A DNA stretch of 62,934 nt, the filler included, from Choristocarpus tenellus KU-1152 (Eukaryota; Protista; Phaeophyceae): NCBI GenBank assembly GCA_964200185.2. It is 7 parts of 7 records of this genome, joined end to end, with 100 filler letters (N's around TTAATTAATTAA, not from the genome) between each part and the next. Parts side by side here need not be neighbours in the genome. Positions count along the whole stretch, not along the records: positions 10,924 to 17,668 come from CAXNAD020007448.1; positions 17,769 to 25,204 come from CAXNAD020006165.1; positions 25,305 to 50,814 come from CAXNAD020000186.1; 4 more parts are not named here. The stretch is one strand, 5' to 3'. The notes beneath the pieces are model-generated. The model did not search any database, was not told the origin of the DNA, and saw only the letters and a program-made list of their open reading frames with translations. Below are positions 14,577 through 28,050 of the stretch, piece after piece (position 1 is the first letter of the stretch; the number at the start of each line of letters is the position of its first letter). The translations under genes and the position numbers were made by a program.

Positions 14577-14639
14577 GTCCTGTATCATTACACAATATCA
14601 GGACGTCAACAGCTACTATGACGCACATACAGGTTGAAC

Positions 14640-17600
14640 CAGACCTAGACTTCACTCTTTTTTATTTCTTGATAGGACATCTAGCCCCCCTATTTGACTC
14701 TTGTTTGATATAGTCTGAAGGTTTCCCCCCTAGCGTGGCCTCAGCTTCACCCAGTGTTAGGCGTAACTGATGCACACCTATATGGAATATATTCAGATTT
14801 AATACATTGTCCGCAACCTTCCTCACAAGGTAACAAACCTGTAGTCCGAGTATGCATTCCTATCCTTTTCTACAATAGCACTGATTAGTGCTGTACTGTA
14901 CAGTTTCAACAAAGTCTCTTCAAAGAGCACACCGCTAGTCTTTTTACACAGATTTCGTCAGCGTTTCAGTTCACTGGGTCACCTCTCCGGTACCACATTG
15001 ACTCCAAGCCTCTACACAGAGGAATTTTTCTGAATCAACAAATCATTGTCAAACTGCAATTCAGAGTGCAAGTCCATCCGATTCAAGATTCCGACAATCG
15101 TAATTAGAGACAGTTGTAGGAGTAGGACTTCTTGCTTGGAGGGGAGTGTGGAGTATGAGCGTGTGTGGCATTAAATCTTGGAGTATATTGCAGTGTGATG
15201 TTACTTGTGTTTGAGACAAGTGGTCAAAGGGGAGGACTGTACATGTGAGGCATGAAATGTTTCGTGGTGTATTATTCTTCGATTATTCTTTGTCTGGAAA
15301 CCTCTCCACTACCTCCACCCTCCTACCCCTTCGCACGTTATCATATATGGAAGTGCACAATGCTCCATTGTTTATGCTCTACAAAAAATAAAATTAATTG
15401 CACTCCCTCATACATGCGCAGATTTCTTCTTGTGCGTTGGGTTCAACAGTCCATCGAAGAGAATCTGGTGTGTACTCCGTCTTATCGGTACTGGAGGTTC
15501 TCCACCACGATCCAGATTTTTCCTACCCCTTTCTGTGATTTAGCCGAATATAGGTGTGTGAATTATTATGGCCTCCGATATTTTGTAGTTATGTAAAAAA
15601 AAACTAAAACTAAGTTGAAGGGACTACTTCAAAGGTATTGAATTTTTTTGAAATTTTTCGTATATTATTTGTTAGAAACATTTTGTCGACTGACTGGGTA
15701 GGCAATCAGGCATCTTGCACAAAGTCACTATTAAGGACGAGTAATGGTGAAAATTAACCTTTCAATTACATCACCACTCCCTTTTTGAAAATAAAGGAGA
15801 AATAACAGTCACAAAGACTGCCCTTTCAGCTCACCATTCTTTGGTCCTTACTCACAATCACACTCGGCGACCATACATCATACACAACATAGACACATGG
15901 TAGCACAACAAAAAGGTGTTATGTTGAACCTACAAAGTACCATGTTGTCTGTGAAGGATCCATTCTTTGCTACTACATATCTAACAATTTAACACTGGCA
16001 ATAGTCATCCGTCCACCCAACAGAGTTGCCTGTGACTTGGAACAAGAACTCCTTGCTTCACCTCCCTTACAAATCACTGCGCGTTTCAGTGTACAAAGCC
16101 AACATGCCATACGGATGCAGGGATCACAGCATCCTGCAAATACAAACTCATAGAGAGGAAGGGAGAAGAAAGAGAGTATCAATATTCTACCCAAAAAGAC
16201 ACCCTCCACTCAGTTTCCCTTGCTAATTTTAAAGTTTCCACCTGGTCCACCATATTTGCAAAAATGCCACCCCACTAATGACAAACATGGAAACATCCCT
16301 ACATCCAAACCCTACCAACCTGTTCCAGGTGAGAATGTGTTCAACAGGCGAGTTGTCCTTGCCAGGTGGAACATACTGTCACACAATCCTCACGGTTGAA
16401 TCCGAAATAATTAACAAGTGCCATCCACTGTAACTCAAAGCAAAGTACCCAAGCCTTTCCTTGAGACATTCAAGACGAAATTCTTCCCACTCCTCTCCCT
16501 GTTCAACTTCACTGCATACAATAATTAGAGGGTATCTATCAATGGAGATAAGCTCCAACCATGGGGAGGTCACTTCCACCACATATGTACTGTCACTCAG
16601 TAAACTTCCCTCCTGCAGTCAATGCAAATAAGGGAGGAATCTCCTGCTCTGAGGGTGGTCAGAATCAAGTCAAAAGAACACAGCTGGCAGATTCTAAATA
16701 CCCACATGGCCAGCAATTTAATCAGAACTGAAAACGACCAAAACCCTATGCCCGTGCCCAAGAGCAACATACTAGAACAGCCTCTTGCAACACACTACTT
16801 TCTTGCTCGTGTTGCTGACAACCCTGTAGACAAAATTTCATCCAGGCTTCTATCTGGAGTCCCCCTAGCCTTCGATGACTTGGTGACCTTGACCAACTTG
16901 TTCCCCCCCTTCAGACCAACTGACAGGGGCTCTTTCTGTTCTTGTCTTGAACCCTTGCCATGTCCCCTACCAAACGTGTTGCTCCTCTCCTTCCATTTCC
17001 CCTTCCCCGGTCCCCTCAAATTTCCACGTTCTCTCACAGCCCCCTGCCTAAGCCCTTCCACACCATTGCTTGCTACCTGTTCCCCATTCAGCCCTCGTGC
17101 ACTCTTCCCAAGGGACAAATGCTGTCTTATCCCTCCCCTCCCCCGCCCCTGTTCTTGCCCTTGCCCTAGGCTCTCTGTTGTCCTGCTCGTCCCAGCCTCA
17201 TCCAACTGCCCAGCCTCAGATTGGTCACCACTGACCCGACCTGAAGAACGCCTGACGGGTAGCATCTCAACCCGTCTCTTACCAACAACATCATTGCCTC
17301 CCATCACATCATGCCCTGCCTTAGACCCAACCAGGACAAAACCACCATAGCCATCAGGCACAACCTTTCGGCCCCGTCCTCCCTCCTTCTGTCCCTCCCA
17401 CCCAGCCTTACTGCTACAAGCGTCACGAGCACTGCCACAGCTACCACTACTCCTTTGTCCTGTTTCCCCCCAGACATCTCCATGACTATCGCCGCCAGCT
17501 TTGCCAGTATCACCGCCCCTCTTCCTGTCATTTTGGACACTGTCCGAAATGACAGTGCCCCTACCTTTCTTATATATACCCCCCAAACCACAACCATGCC

Positions 17601-17668
17601 TCTTGCCACCAACTTCCTCAGGGTCCCGAACAGAGCTGTCACGGTCATCAACTGCTTTGTCAACCGCA
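14640..17668 (-). mobile_element. Highly decayed LINE (low-complexity ORF1-like region, APE endonuclease and RT start)
   Basis: Gly/Arg-rich 263-aa ORF; LIIVCS...EWEEFRLECL...LLIISDSTVRI (APE-like); KKDRNAYSDYRFVTL, resembling KKD...NYRGISL, near 14850. Confidence 0.5.
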
Positions 17669-17768
17669 NNNNNNNNNNNNNNNNNNNNNNNNNNNNNNNN
17701 NNNNNNNNNNNNTTAATTAATTAANNNNNNNNNNNNNNNNNNNNNNNNNNNNNNNNNNNNNNNNNNNN

Positions 17769-17910
17769 GATTAATCAGTCGCTTCGACGATTGATTTCGC
17801 AGCTCACCACGATTAGTTACTCGATTCCACGATTGATTTTTCCCAGGAATGCCATGATTAATCAGTCGCTTCGATGATTGATTTCGCAGCTAACCACGAT
17901 TAATTACTTC
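17769..17910. repeat. Tandem ~88-bp unit rich in CGATT motifs
   Basis: GATTAATCAGTCGCTTCGAYGATTGATTTCGCAGCT occurs twice. Confidence 0.8.
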
Positions 17911-18027
17911 AAAAACGATTTTGTACCATATCAATTCTGTACCGCTTTTTTCGGGCATGCCCATGGGTGAACAAAATCGGGGTACCTACTGTACTTTTTT
18001 CTAGTGGTACTTCCTAGAAACAACAGG

Positions 18028-20250
18028 TGTTGACCAACATGCGTAATAATATCACTCTTCTCTTTTCAACCATCTCATCACATTCTGCAAAGAAAGGGAA
18101 ATTGTGTGACGCTTCCTTTTTCTTATCTTCCTCCGTTCTTAAACAAACAGCAGTACAGATCTGCACAGGTTACGAGCCTCAACGATATGAAAAACAATAT
18201 GAAGAAGTTGGCCATCGGGACTAGAGCAACGGGTCGGTCAGTGGAGACCTGAACAACATGGAGACTGTCTATGGTGGGTTCCGCTGTTAGAAGGGGTCTG
18301 TGCGTCATTCTGCAGCGAACGTACGAGGTCCCTGAACTCAGGGACACACTAACGGAACAGGAACAAATAGCACACGACAATTACGAGAACAACAGACTTC
18401 CGCGGTTCCTGAATATCCAAGCAACAAAGGGGGTCGACGGCAGCTATCGTGGAGAGATTCGAAAACGATGAGAATCAAGATGGCAGGCTCATGGAACTAG
18501 AGAGAGTCTATGGAGGTCCCACAGAGGATGAGGTCCCCGTGGAAATCATCACTTTGGAAGCACGCCTCCGAGAGTTGTGGTGCTCCTTGACTACGACAGT
18601 ATGGATTTTGTAGTCCTAATGGAAAGGATCTTCACGAAATTCGAGCAGCTGAAGGAATGGAAACCGGACAACATAAAAGAAGGCATTGATACTATTGGGC
18701 ATCAAGGAGGCCACGTCGAACATTTTCGCAAACTGATTACAAGACCTGATTTAAGCTACGAGGAGTTCGACCGTCTTATGATTGTCATACCTACATTTGG
18801 ACCAGGAAGGGAACGAAAACATGATGGCCCTACAGAACACAACAAGGGACCGACGCTTGGACAATCATGGTGGGGCACCTAGGTATCTTGAGCCTGACCA
18901 ATGCGCTCACTCCCTCAAACGGGGGTTATTGGTGGAAAGAATGCTGTTAATATTTGGCAGGGAAATCACCGGCAGAATGACTATCAGGGATGGCGCCTGC
19001 TATGCAATTTCTTCCACCACCTGTTACCTATATCAGCACCCAGTCAAGGAGAACATCAAAAGGGAAGTGGTGGCAACAGGAATCAAACATGGCCATTCTC
19101 AAATTTGAAGCAGCCAGCAAAGAGGACAAGGGAGTGATGCTGAGGTTGTCGTGAGGCGAAGAGATTGAACTCCTATGCGAGTCTGGAGCGAACGTACATC
19201 TCACGCCATACAGAGAGGATCCGGTGAACACACAAGCAACAAAGCGGGCCTGTACTTTCGGCAGTAATGGGAACCTGGAGGCTAAGGAGACAGGAGATAA
19301 GGTACTATCGACAACGAGCAAGAACGGCAGGTCAACGGTGGTACTTCGGGGTGTACTTTGTATGCCCTGCCGAATATTGAGCACTGCGACCTTGCGACGA
19401 GAAGGCAGAGAATTTATGGACTTGAGATCAAGATCAAGCTACCTCAAGATTTCATGGAACAAATCCGCAGATGAATCTTAAAAATCGAGGGAATTCTTAC
19501 ACCTCAAGAAAATGGTGGAAGTAAAAGGGAGTAAGGTGAGAGCAGCAGATAGAAGTGGTTTTACAGCTTGAGGAACAGAGATTCAGTGATGGATGCAGCC
19601 ATTGCCTATATTGAAGAATTGGATCGAGAAGGAATGGTTGTGAAGTGCATCAGTGGGTTTGGTGCTGGGGAAATTGGGAAATCAGTTTGATTCTAACACA
19701 TGCTAGTGAACAATGGGATTCAATGGAGGAAGTTGCCACCTCCCCCCCTCCAGAGCAACAGGATCGCAGAATGGTTCATCAAGCAACTAGTGGAGGCGGT
19801 GAGGAGTCAACCGGTGAACGTGGGACTGGGCGATGAGTACTGGTTCTTCGCCAAAACAGATGTGGCACTCACAACAGGAGGGGTGCTGCACAAGTACCTG
19901 GGTGGAGAGACGCCCTGTGAGTTACTCATAGGAAAGTCATTCAACTACGACAGGCTGGGAATCTGGGGGAGTGCCCACTCCAAGTATCTGGGGGGGGGGT
20001 GGCGACTGTCCATTTGGGGTCAATTTTTTCATGTCACGATTTTTGGGTGATTCGGTTGCATACGTCCGATGCATAATGTAAGTGCACTTTCCTAGTTTGG
20101 GCCCAAATGGACACCCTGGTGTAGACTGCCCCCCCTCCCCAGATACTTTGGGTGGTACTAAGTATACCAGACCAAACAGCAGTGGGGAGCTTAATCGAAA
20201 TTCCATCCCTACGTCAAGAGGGGACTATTAGTGGGACAAGATTGCATATC
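18028..20250 (+). mobile_element. Ty1/Copia relic (5' LTR, PBS, gag, protease, integrase)
   Basis: TG...CA LTR-like segment 18028-18167 followed by GGTTACGAGCC PBS. Protease LCESGANVHLTP; integrase QSNRIAE...YWFFA...GETPCELL; PR-INT order; many stops. Confidence 0.8.
19976..20154. mobile_element. MITE family B nested in Copia integrase
   Basis: B interior and TIRs. Confidence 0.85.
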
Positions 20251-20261
20251 ACTGTGCTGGC

Positions 20262-20530
20262 GAGCCAAAGTATTTAAGAGTGTAGGTCCATGTCCGTTCG
20301 GGGTCATAAATTCAATGTTGCAATTTTGATGAATTTTGGTTATTGTGTTTGTTAGCAAGTGTTTGTATCTTTGCTCTGGACACACCTTTGATAGTTATAC
20401 ACATTTTACCTACTCCAAAATACGAAATATTCAAACAGAAAACTGAATAAGGGCTTAAAATTCCTGCGGGAAGCCAAACCCTGAACTAACAAACAGGGCA
20501 AGACTCCTACCCTCTCAAATGCTTTGGCTT
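20262..20530. mobile_element. MITE subfamily A'
   Basis: Both TIRs and A' interior. Confidence 0.82.
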
Positions 20531-21314
20531 TTGATTGCTACTCTGACAAACACAGATTTCCAGAGAAGTGGAATTGTAAGAATGATCCTTTGATCCCATT
20601 TTCAGTTGCTGTGCTGCGGCCGACAGCGGGTACGATTCCCCCCATTGCCACACAACATCTTAGCACCTCGCCAAGAGTGATAAAACTCTCACTTAGCCTC
20701 CTGACCATTTGTAGCGTGACTCCGGTAGCCAATATGGTCACATTGGCAAGTTTGCCGCCTTTCGCCTGGAGCCCATTGATTCAGGGTAAAAATATCCAAA
20801 CTGAATGAGGAAGGTCAAAACATGCTGGCCATACGATATGCTTTAGCGCAACCTCCCGGTAAGAAACAGCTTCCCAAAGGGCATTGGGTCAGAGTTGGCA
20901 GAGAAGTTTGGAGCTGGCAAATAATATCTGAGATATCTTGGGTTCGTGCATTAGAACAATTTGGACAGTGGCAACATGCTTTCACTGTAATCAGCATCAC
21001 AAAATGGGTGGTCATTTGACTTTGCACCAACATAGCATTCAAAGATTTGAAAGGTCGATTTCGCGAACTGAACCCTGACCCTCAATCAGCTGTCTGTCAA
21101 ACTAGCTGAAGTTGTCTCGTAGTCGGCAGCTCAAAGCCTCAGTAATGGTTCAAAGTGATGGGCGCAACAAAGGTGAAACGGTACATTATTACCCTGAGCC
21201 TGTCACAGACACATCAAAAGAACCAGGTAGATCTCATCCTTGACCAAGCAGCAACGAACTGCATCAATTTCAGAAGTGGCCCCAAGATGATTCATATCGA
21301 CAAAGCATGGTTCT

Positions 21315-21573
21315 GAGTGAAAGTATGTTAGAGGGTACGAGTTTTTCCCTGTTTGCTCGTTTGGTGCTTGGTTTCCCACGGGTCTTGTGACATCTTACTT
21401 CGAGATGTTTCAGAGTGAGGTAAAATATGTATGTTATAAAAGGGTATGGTCGGAGAAAGGATGTTGACACTTCCTAACAAACACGACAATCAAAATAACA
21501 TCAAAATCGCAACATTGGACTTTGCCCCCCCCCCAAACGGACACGGTTCTATCCTCTAAGACACTTTTGACTC
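21315..21573. mobile_element. MITE family A nested in mariner transposase
   Basis: TSD TCT/TCT; excision restores WFYL. Confidence 0.92.
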
Positions 21574-22114
21574 TCTACCTCATCCGTGATGGGGAGTGTG
21601 TCCCCATTTCCCCGTGAAGGAAAGGGCGGGCTCCACCACTGTACAGCACAAAGCCACACTCGTAAGGTGATATTCATCTGCACCATTTCGCACCCAGATC
21701 CTTCCCACAATTTCAATGGAAAGGTTGGAATCTGTTGTGTTTGCACCATCAAGCATGAGCAGAGAAATTCAACTCACTGCGAGAGGGTTCAGAAGTGTTT
21801 TACTTCAATGTGACCATTGATGCCGAGTGAGTGGTGCCAGGAGTGGTAGGTTGAGACTTTTCTCCCCGTATTGAAGGAAAAAGTGCTGTGGTTGAGGGTG
21901 AGGAGGTGGTCGGGCAGCAGGACCTCCTATTCAGGAAAAGGCAAGGTCAACGAAGCTTGGAGGGAGGGGGGTGGAATGTTATGCTCGTAACACAGCCTGC
22001 GCAATCATGTGATCTGAATACCAACGATCTGGGGTTCTTGCTTCCTGAAAAAGTCGAGTTTGGAGGGAGCGTTACGGTACAATGGATGAACTTGTGAAGG
22101 ACCTAAAGAGCATA

Positions 22115-22374
22115 GAGCCACAAAGTAAACGAGAGGTACCCAGGTTTTGGCTGTTTTGCATTTAAGCCAGTTTTCCAATATTTTGCAATTCACCTGTATT
22201 TCTGTGGATGAAGTTCTAAGTTTGACTTGAGAGCATTTTTTTCCTATTTTTTGTGAGATTTTGGACAGAATTTAATTAAAATCCTGCACGCATTTGTATT
22301 AAAAGTCAAATTTTGCTCAGATTTGTTAGCATCCTTAATATGCAACTCTGGGCACCTCTTGCTTACTTCGACTC
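22115..22374. mobile_element. MITE family C nested in mariner
   Basis: C-type TIRs (GAGAGGTACCCAG...CTGGGCACCTCTTG). Confidence 0.82.
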
Positions 22375-24378
22375 CTGTATGGTACGTAAAATGCAGGTAC
22401 TTTGGAGAGAGTGTGGCAAAGCCTCTTTAAGTGGTACAATCAAGTTTTAAATGTGGTAGGGAGTAACGAGTTTGAGGCACACCACACCAGAATTAAGAAA
22501 AGGCAGTGTGAGGCAGGTCTGCCAAAATCGGTCAGAATCAACGAAGGAGCTTTCGACATGGTAGATTAGTGGATTGATTGGCACAAGGAAAGTGACGAAT
22601 GGATTTCATGTCAAAACATCAAGGAATCCAATGTTAAAATCGTTTTTCATCACAGGTCCTCTCAAGAAGTTACACCTTTAAGGGACAGAGGGAGTATGTG
22701 TGACTTCTCAGCACCTCCCATCAACTTTCATACGTCAGGTGTCCTTCCATACTTATCACCTTACACTATGACATTGATGGTGGTGTAGGGACCAGGCAAA
22801 AAAGAATTACTTCAAAAATTCGATAAAAAATAAATTATTATTTTGGTGGTAGTCCAATAATAATAATAAAATAAATACGAGGTAGTACAAGATTTTGCTA
22901 GTATAGTACAGTAGTAGTATGTTGTGCATCATGGCGATTGATCAATTGGACTGATTTGATAATCAATCACTGAAAAATCGAAACTTTCCGATGGGTGGAT
23001 TACTAATTTTACGCTTGCAATTTGTGATTTGCACAAAAATATTACTTACAACAATTCCTAGTGATTCGATTCATCGGAAATTTCGAGTTGAACGAAACGA
23101 TGAATTCAATAAACTTCAAGCCACTTGACGAAACTACACCATTTTAATACTACAAACAGAACAAAAATAGTGGGAAAAAAATAATAATGGTTGGACCGAG
23201 GAGGAACTCAAAACAATAACAGAGGATAGAAAGGTTGTGATGAGTAAGATATATTCATATTCTTCAGGGGAAGGGATTAAAAAAATTAATATTGGGTCTT
23301 TTTTGTCCTTGCCAACAACACCCTCACTTGCTACGTATACATACGACCCACCCAAAACCTCTCCTCTGCATAATCTCTGATGACAAAAAGTAAAAAGAAA
23401 CAAAACGTCTTTCACCCTGGGATATTATAATATGTGAACTGGACTACTCTTAATTACTGTTATCACTACTGTTATAAATACCATCACCTCTACCGAGGGT
23501 GCGAGCTGTTTAACTACAGACCCAAGAACAACACCAACAACAACTAGTAAGCAGCTTTCCATTCTTCCAAGCAACAATCACTGTATACAGCAACAGCAAC
23601 AGCAACACCAAAGCAGAGAATGAGACAGATCGTAGGCGGAGTTCTCATTATCACCGCCGGTAAAAACATCACCACATGATACACTACAACAGCAGCAGTG
23701 AGTGGTAGATATATATATATATATAGATAGATAGCACGTGCTTATAGAGGGGCTGATTATGCAATAAATAATCCACTCAAACACTCAATAACCAAAGAGC
23801 ACCATCCTTCCCACTCTTGTTTGCATCCTGCCCACACCTTCAGAGACAGAATAAACAAAGTGCCAAATAGAACCAAACACCCAGTACATAGAATTGCCCA
23901 CATGCATGCCCCTCTCACCGACTGAATAACTTTCTTCCCTCTCCCACCCCCACAAATCACAACACGCATCGGTCAGACTGCACGACTGCCAATCACGCAC
24001 TACTATTTAACTATAACCCCAAGAATCCATATTACCTGGAAGCACTATCACAAAAAGAGTCTGCGCGTGTACGATCCCATCGCAACTGCGACCAAACCAT
24101 GCATGAATGACCAACCCAAACAACCTACTGCAGCATTTCTGATTCCTCACTTCCCCCACCTACTACTACTATGCATGAGAGTCTATAACACCTGCGCTTG
24201 CCTTAGGCTAAGGGATACAATGACCATAATTCACAATGCAACATATCTGCATCATTCTCTTTCATCACACACAAAAGTTAAAACACCCACCTGTGCTCAT
24301 TAAAACCTACCACCACAAGTGCTATCAATCATTCTTCTGACTGCCTCCCTGACAACTACCCGCATATTTTATCCCTGC

Positions 24379-24418
<40 letters not shown>

Positions 24419-25374
24419 NNNNNNNNNCCCCCTGACCCCAACCCTCCCGTCTTCCTTCCCCCCCTGCCATCACACTATACGATCCTCTCAGGACAGCTTG
24501 TAATCCTCAGCCAGTTCATTCGAGGCTGTTTGCACACACACACATTACAACACAAACAAAGCACTCAACAAGCAAAGCCATGCCTTCCTTCCTTCCTCCC
24601 TCCCTCCCTCCAAAACACAACACAGATTTCCACTGATGTATGTCGATGCCGCACGATCAACATACATCAGAAAAAAAAAAACTATCGTCCACATCCTGCG
24701 GCAAACGTGTTCTACACACTTGCACACACAAATGCACAAGTGCACACGGGGACACATCAGACTCAGTGAATGCAGGTAGGTCCACAGAAAAATACACTCA
24801 CACTCACTCGGTAGGTCCACAGACAGACACACACACAAAATACGTTTACACAAACCCAAGACAGGCGTATGCATGCACACACACAAGCGTATGCACGAGG
24901 CAAAAGAGATATTTTTGGTCATTGGTCATTGGTCATCATCGCACAGCAATGACAAAAAATAAAAATATCACTTCCGTCCACTGCACTCTCCCGTCCGATC
25001 CCATCGACCCTTTAACCCTAACCCTAGAATCGATCAGAAAAAAACGTCATCCCCTCCCTCACGGCCCTCAGTGCCCTCCACAACAAACCGCACGACAAAC
25101 AAGTCGAAATTGTTCTCAGTGCGTCTTACATGCGTCCATGGGATTCAACCAGGAAGGCGTGCACAAGCAGCAAAAGAGGGGGGGGGGGGAGAAAGGGAAA
25201 AAAANNNNNNNNNNNNNNNNNNNNNNNNNNNNNNNNNNNNNNNNNNNNTTAATTAATTAANNNNNNNNNNNNNNNNNNNNNNNNNNNNNNNNNNNNNNNN
25301 NNNNGGTGAAACACGGTGGTCGCCCCCCCCCCCCCCCCAGATACTTTGACCCATCGTTCATTTGTCAATTACCT

Positions 25375-26330
25375 GTCAGAGTGTGGATTCATGTGCAGAT
25401 GAGCAATAGGGAATGCTCAGACTGGCTCAATGACGAGCAAGGTCTCCGTCAAGGGTGTGCTCTTGCCCCATTGCTGCTTAATCTCTTCTTTACTGCAGTG
25501 CTGACCACTCCACTGGAGAGGTTCAGCGCCAAAGAGGATATTTGTGAAGAAGGTTTTGCTACTTCCTAGAAGTGAGAAGAAAGACCAGGTTTTCAAACTG
25601 GGGGGAAGACACCAAGAGATACCTTCACAGCTGCTGAATTGTAGCTTATGCTATATGCTGATGATGCAGACTTTTTGTCAATGACTCAAAAGAGTTTGCT
25701 CAAAATGACAATAATCATTCTCACGGTGTGCGAGCATTTAGACTTACTGTGTCAAAGAAGACAGAGATCATGTGCATCCGATGCCCCAACAGGCCAGCAC
25801 AGGAAATACACATTAGGGCTGAGGACAACGACATCAGCCGACTGCTATGTTTGCCTATCTCAGAGGTTCACTCAATGATAATGCCGGTATCACCACCAAG
25901 ATTCAACTTGGTATCCAGAATGCATGGGAGTGCTTCAAGAAGTGCAGCAAAGAGTTGTATGACTGAGCTGTAGGTGTATCACTTGAGCTAAATATTCAAA
26001 TTCTCATTGTCAAGGTACTCAAGACTGTGGTGTGTGGATGCATGATGTGGACTCAAAGAAAGGACCATTACCCCCTCCGTGCGCAACAAATGCCAATACC
26101 TACACCACTGTGTTGGATTCTGCAAAAAAAAGAAACGTACAGACCATTCTATGTCGTACAGAGCAGCCCTTAAAAGAACTGAATGTGAGTGTGTTGAGGG
26201 CAATGTCCTCAAAATAAGTTTATTATTTGTAGGTTTCATGTTGCGAATAAATGTTGGTCTATTCCCCCAAACTCTCATGCTTGGAGAGTCAATGCTCAGA
26301 AACTATAGGGGGAGAAGGGATATCCAGACA
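25375..26330 (+). mobile_element. RTE-like LINE reverse transcriptase relic
   Basis: EQGLRQGCALAPLLLNLFF, MLYADD, LTVSKKTEIMC, MSYRAALKRTECECVE; stops and frameshifts. Confidence 0.85.
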
Positions 26331-26345
26331 AAACCGGTGGTAGTA

Positions 26346-26690
26346 CCTGTGCAATTTACCTCGGGAGGTAATGCTATTTGTCAGTAGTGAAGACAAGAAG
26401 GTGCGAAGCCTCACACGGTTCCCCATTGCTGAACTTGATTACATGGTTGAAATTAGAAGAGTGAGCTTTGTGTGTGGTGTCTTCTCGTTGCTTGTTTATT
26501 ATTATTTATGCTTCCTACCTAAGTCAACGGTTATGTCAAAGTATTTGAAAGCAAAATAAATACCTATACATAATCCCATATATAACCCGGATGTACTATC
26601 TCATTGGTTACATCACATGGACACAATTCAACACAATAATCTCATATACACAAAATAAGGTACACCTCACTATTGCCCTATTTTGCACAG
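26346..26690. mobile_element. Dispersed ~340-bp repeat (TA-flanked, TGTGCAA...TTGCACA), copy 1
   Basis: Colinear match to 53478-53822. Confidence 0.75.
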
Positions 26691-26759
26691 TACCTCCAAG
26701 ACGACCTCGAGGCTTTCGGCATCACAACAAAACAGTGAGTTTCTCTTGCAGAAGACTCA

Positions 26760-28050
26760 AGCAGGTGGCGCAAATGTGTGGAGATTAGCGCTAAATACTA
26801 CATGGATGCCTGGCATACCGGTGAGGTCAAAGCAGTCACAGTCAATTACGCGAAAGTGGCATTGACCACCATCCATGTGTGAAAACGAGCTTCCTCTATT
26901 TTTCTTCTTTGGCGAGGAAAGGGACTTAAGGATTCCTTTGGTCAATCTAAGATACTCTTCTTGTTGATTCTAGTTGTTGTATCTCTAGTTGATGTATGTT
27001 CTTTAACTAGATAATAGATGCTCTGAAGTGCAAATTGACATGTGCCCCTTTTTGAACCAATTATGACCCTTGATGTTGGAGCTGATACTTGTTTTGTCTT
27101 CTTCTCTTTGCTTGTTGTTTTCCCATCTCCTTGGACTTGACTGACCGATTTTGCCACTTTTTTTGGCAATGTATCTTTTTTTAGCACTTTTTACCTTTCT
27201 GGCCAACTCTTCAAGTATGCGAGTCAAAGTATCTTAGAGGGTAGAGTGAAATCAAATGCTGCAATTTAAATGTAATTTTGGCTGTCGTGTTTGTTAGGAA
27301 GTGTCAATATCCTTGTTCTGGACACGCCTTGTCATAACGTATACTTTTTTACCCTCTAAGATACTTTCACTCGTTACCCAGCCTCCATTTACGAATCTTG
27401 GATCTTAATCATACAAGATTGAACATTTCCAACACACAATACAAATACTCTTCCCACATCCTTATAGTTTTCATTTTCCTTAGCCCTCGTGCATGAAAAC
27501 AAATCAATCCTCCGTCATATCTGTCGCACGTCACGCATTTCAGCTTGTTCTGCTTTTAGCTGCTTAAAAAGTGAATCTTTCCTCTCAGTCTTGTACCTTA
27601 CCACTACAGCAACCCTTTTCCCCTCAGTCTTTCTTCAAACCACTGAAATTGATTTCAATTTAGTCCGATTTCCAGCTTGGGTGCTATACTATACTCTACC
27701 TTCTATCTCCTTGCCACAAATGTATTTCTTCTCTGAATTGTACACGACTGATTCATATACACCCACATGTTTCTCTCTACCAATGGGACACAGACGAATC
27801 AACTCTTCTTAGACCACATGTCCCATTCTTACATCCAATCCATTGGCTCAACCAAGTGAAAATCCCCTTTCATCAATTGGGTTCTTCCCACCAATCTCAT
27901 CTCCTCTGTATCTCTCATCAGTAGAAGGTGGAATTGACCCTCTTATAAAAATTAGCAACTGCACAAGTCCAAATGCGGCTCATCCCCTTAAAACCCATTG
28001 AGCCTCTGCTTCTCTTTTTCTACCCTCAACCCCCCTCTGGTGTAGACCCA
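26760..28050 (-). mobile_element. Copia-like gag/protease relic
   Basis: Decayed zinc knuckle IKGHNWFKKGHMSIC followed by protease-like VIDCDCFDLTG; Lys-rich gag; MITE inserted at 27221. Confidence 0.45.
27221..27372. mobile_element. MITE family A, internally deleted (152 bp)
   Basis: Both TIRs retained; both subterminal GTCCATTTGG blocks lost. Confidence 0.82.

Larger units (their letters stand above)
21000..22694 (+). mobile_element. Second degenerate DD39D-type mariner, interrupted by two MITEs
   Basis: IHIDKAWF|YLIRDG split by the MITE at 21315, then QSHTRKVIF and TQPAQSCDLNTNDLGF. Right TIR GGGACAGAGGGAG followed by TA at 22695. Confidence 0.85.

Noticed and set aside
17769-17910. CRISPR-like repeat-spacer array
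   Set aside because: Only two units, eukaryotic context and no cas genes.
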